Below are positions 25,685 to 28,280 of a stretch of 28,280 nucleotides of DNA, in pieces. The stretch lies in the IMG/VR virus record IMGVR_UViG_3300034096_001156, one strand, 5' to 3'. This DNA comes from an uncultured virus (IMG/VR IMGVR_UViG_3300034096_001156). Its lineage: Duplodnaviria > Heunggongvirae > Uroviricota > Caudoviricetes. The position numbers were made by a program, and so were the translations under genes. Numbering within the stretch: position 1 is the stretch's first letter; every line of letters starts with the position of its first letter. The notes under the pieces are model-generated. The model did not search any database, was not told where the DNA came from, and was given only the letters and a program-made list of their open reading frames with translations.

Positions 25685-26083
25685 TTACATCTTTGTCGGT
25701 TGCCAATTGATTGATATTCTTAGTCTATCATAAGTTCCAGCTTTTATAAAGCCACACTCTTCTAAATATTCTATTAAAGGTTTAATTCGTGTTCTAGGAA
25801 ACCCTAGAGTATCAGCTAATTCTGTAATATTAATCATTGTAAATTTGCCGTTATTTTTTTCTTTTATTGACTTTGCAGTAGATATAATGATCTGTCCTTT
25901 TATAGCCAAATAAGCTTTTAAGTTGCCATAATATTTTTGTCCTTTTGCTGTCTTTAAAGAGTTAATTATAGCAGTCTCATTGCCGTTAAAACACAGGTTG
26001 CAAGGATTAACATAGCAAGGGCATTTATACAGATAAGTGCCGTCGGGAAGGGATTGTCCTTTTGGGATGATTTGTGTTGACAT
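25685..26083 (-). CDS. Hypothetical protein with Cys cluster and C-terminal winged HTH
   Basis: CPCYVNPCNLC; ITELADTLGFPRTRIKPLIEYLEECGFI. Confidence 0.6.
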   Translation of the reverse strand: MSTQIIPKGQSLPDGTYLYKCPCYVNPCNLCFNGNETAIINSLKTAKGQKYYGNLKAYLAIKGQIIISTAKSIKEKNNGKFTMINITELADTLGFPRTRIKPLIEYLEECGFIKAGTYDRLRISINWQPTKM

Positions 26084-27682
26084 TTATTTATCCTGAGTGT
26101 AATTTGTTTTTAGTTGAGATGCCCGTTCAATTTCTCTAGCTAGGTAGCCGATATGAAAAGATTGAATACTGGGACAATCGGCAATTATTTGACGGATTAG
26201 CTTCAAAGGATTCTTACCTTCCCATTTTCCCACAAATTCACCACTAGGGGTTAGCTGACTAACCGTGATATTATTGCCATCTGTTTCTACTAAGAAGTTA
26301 CCAGCAGGGTCACTGTAGCCTCGAAACTCTTGACTAATAATTGATTGGTATTGATTAGCAAGTAATTGTTCTACGGTTTCCCAACAGTCATCGTAAATAT
26401 GGGCTGATTGACTAATAGTAATCAGTGGACCCATTGTTAAATCGTACTCATGACTAGCAATTTCATCTCTGATATGACGCTGTAAAGCCCGTAATCCCAT
26501 TGCATTAGCCGGCCAAGCGGAAAACATATCATTACTTCTAAAGGTAGCTGTCAGGGATAGTTCATTATCTACTACTCTTACCCAGATATGATTTAGGCAA
26601 GGCGATCCGCCGTGATTATGATCTGAATCGCCTACCGAACGGCCTCCTCGGTCAATAGAATTTGGTACTATTCCCCACCCGTCAGAATCGAAAAAAAACT
26701 CGTTTGATCGGGAAAGCTGACTTTTTAAAGCCAAGCTATAACATCCACTGGTAAGACTTTGGGGGTTGCCACTCCCGCTATCCCAAAGGGACATAACGGC
26801 ACTAGCTGAGTCATTTTCTTCAATCAATTTGTTGATAACTGCTTTAATCTGGTCTTGACCAAACCAAGAGCGTAATCTTTGACCATAGGTATATTTAACC
26901 CCCTCCCTATAATCAGCATCACTAAGTATTTGTGGGATATAGTTCTTTAGATATTCTCTATCTAAAGGTAAGTAATTAGGTTCTGGAAAATAAAAATCTT
27001 CTGGTTCATCGGTAACTATCGCCATTAGGTCGATTAATTCTTGCCATTTACCGTCATAGCCAGTAGGTCTGATAGTGCCAGTAGTTTTGATTCTTTGCAG
27101 TATTTTTATCCAAGTTTCAGCAATGGTTTTACCTTCGATCCGATGACCATAGAGCGGGCCAGGTTTTACTTCTGATGTAGGTTCATTGTAGGGAAAAACC
27201 ATCGGTTCTGCCCACGGTTTATTAGCACCATAAACTGATAGCCTTAACATCAGAATTGCGTAAGTTGTGAGATTATCTCTTAAAGTAACAGAAGACCGTA
27301 ATTGATTTAAAACTTCTAAAGGAATATCTATATCAATATATCCTTTCACTAAAGAATCAATTACCCAACACTCTTTCCCTACATCATTTTTTCCTTTATA
27401 AACTCCATTCTCGAAGAAATCTTTCAAGCATTGAACACTACCAGAATTTTTGTCTTCACGAGTTGAATCCATTACAACAAGATCGCAAACGTGGGGATTA
27501 GCCAACAAATTGCGAACCAAAAAGTTAATTCCCCTTGATGCGCTATAGAGGTTCCCGATCACAGCATAATCGGAAGGATTGAGTTTTGCGGCTACTGACT
27601 TAGCAGGAGTCCATCCTGTACAGATAGCAATATAGCCACTGCCTAAAATCAACTGATTGGGCTTGTAGATTGCATTAAACAT
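26084..27682 (-). CDS. thyA: Thymidylate synthase (archaeal-like ThyA) fused to MtrA-like N-domain and DUF4346-like C-domain
   Basis: YTYGQRL, SPCL, FRSNDMFSAWPAN, SAHIY; N-terminal IGNLYS...GINFLVRNLLANP; C-terminal DPAGNF...HIGYLAREI. Confidence 0.85.
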   Translation of the reverse strand: MFNAIYKPNQLILGSGYIAICTGWTPAKSVAAKLNPSDYAVIGNLYSASRGINFLVRNLLANPHVCDLVVMDSTREDKNSGSVQCLKDFFENGVYKGKNDVGKECWVIDSLVKGYIDIDIPLEVLNQLRSSVTLRDNLTTYAILMLRLSVYGANKPWAEPMVFPYNEPTSEVKPGPLYGHRIEGKTIAETWIKILQRIKTTGTIRPTGYDGKWQELIDLMAIVTDEPEDFYFPEPNYLPLDREYLKNYIPQILSDADYREGVKYTYGQRLRSWFGQDQIKAVINKLIEENDSASAVMSLWDSGSGNPQSLTSGCYSLALKSQLSRSNEFFFDSDGWGIVPNSIDRGGRSVGDSDHNHGGSPCLNHIWVRVVDNELSLTATFRSNDMFSAWPANAMGLRALQRHIRDEIASHEYDLTMGPLITISQSAHIYDDCWETVEQLLANQYQSIISQEFRGYSDPAGNFLVETDGNNITVSQLTPSGEFVGKWEGKNPLKLIRQIIADCPSIQSFHIGYLAREIERASQLKTNYTQDK

Positions 27683-27818
27683 TAGCTTTTCCTTTTTCTT
27701 TAATATTGGGTTGCTTCCAAGTTTCTATTTCTTTCAGAAATAAATCAGATTTAGGTTTCCAGTTTTCTATTTCTTTAAGAAGCAAGTCTAATTTTGCGTT
27801 GATTTCTTCAAGAGTCAT
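27675..27818 (-). CDS. Small protein (47 aa, not in the ORF track) with internal repeat
   Basis: MTLEEINAKLDLLLKEIENWKPKSDLFLKEIETWKQ...; GAGG RBS; overlaps both neighbours. Confidence 0.55.
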   Translation of the reverse strand: MTLEEINAKLDLLLKEIENWKPKSDLFLKEIETWKQPNIKEKGKANV

Positions 27819-27957
27819 AATTGATTTTACCTCTACTTTGTTCAAGAGATTTTATTTCTGCTAATGTTTTTTTGATTGATTCTTTTTCATTGGCAAGCAA
27901 TTCTCTTACTTTTTGAAAAAGAATCAATATTCTTTTGTCAATTTCTGCAATAGCCAT
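27808..27957 (-). CDS. Small coiled-coil protein (49 aa)
   Basis: ATG at 27957 behind AAGGA. Confidence 0.5.
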   Translation of the reverse strand: MAIAEIDKRILILFQKVRELLANEKESIKKTLAEIKSLEQSRGKINYDS

Positions 27958-28019
27958 AAGTCCTTCTTTATTTGAGAATTTTTTACGAAGGGCAAATATT
28001 AGGGATGCGATCAGAAACT

Positions 28020-28280
28020 TTAACAAATGTACGAAAGGTTCATCGGAGGAGATGCAGGATGAGGTCTAACAAATACATGATGTACCAATCCAGCTAGTTG
28101 ATAAGTTCCAATGTATTGTCCTTTTTTATCTACCAAAGCGTCATCAGTATCGTCACCAGTATAGTAAGTCAAAATATCAAAAATCCTCTTAGGTTCTTCT
28201 GTTTCTACTAATGCCCAAAGTGTAGGAATATTATTCTGCAACTGAACGCATAATATCTTTGCGTTTAAAGGCATTTCAAT
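28020..28280 (-). CDS. Conserved phage hypothetical protein, probably 5'-truncated by the window edge
   Basis: IEMPLNAKILCVQLQNNIPTLWALV motif; frame is open to the window end. Confidence 0.65.
   Translation of the reverse strand: MEMPLNAKILCVQLQNNIPTLWALVETEEPKRIFDILTYYTGDDTDDALVDKKGQYIGTYQLAGLVHHVFVRPHPASPPMNLSYIC

Noticed and set aside
26624..26779. Mini-intein in thyA
   Set aside because: Far too short, with no His-Asn followed by Cys/Ser/Thr at the junction.

Overview
AT-rich segment of a large cyanobacterial phage or prophage, possibly of Microcystis. The host call is inferred from FGE-sulfatase, DUF6464-like and cyanobacterial SH3-like domains and ACTRATA heptamer repeats. Coding content: leftward early-type cassettes (LPD29/LPD25 protein, HAD-IIIA phosphatase, hypotheticals); a ParB-like protein plus C5 DNA methyltransferase divergent from terS/terL; HigA-, XRE- and PadR-type regulators; a DUF2778/Tlde1-like cell-wall enzyme; a tRNA(CAU); a tail/receptor-binding operon; and a nucleotide block (nrdB, nrdA, MtrA-like-ThyA-DUF4346 fusion). 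The most unusual signals are non-coding. (1) A ~188-nt promoter-driven candidate RNA at 5488-5675, closed by a 22-bp stem and holding two tandem copies of a two-hairpin domain. (2) Two inverted copies, ~12.5 kb apart, of a promoter/5'-hairpin/Bro-N-like gene/terminator/repeat-array module; together the arrays hold seven ~90-bp octamer units, five with an exact 32-bp central spacing. (3) A conserved sigma70 promoter/operator family and near-identical intergenic spacers that make the early genes look like exchangeable cassettes. All family names come from motif recognition, not database searches.
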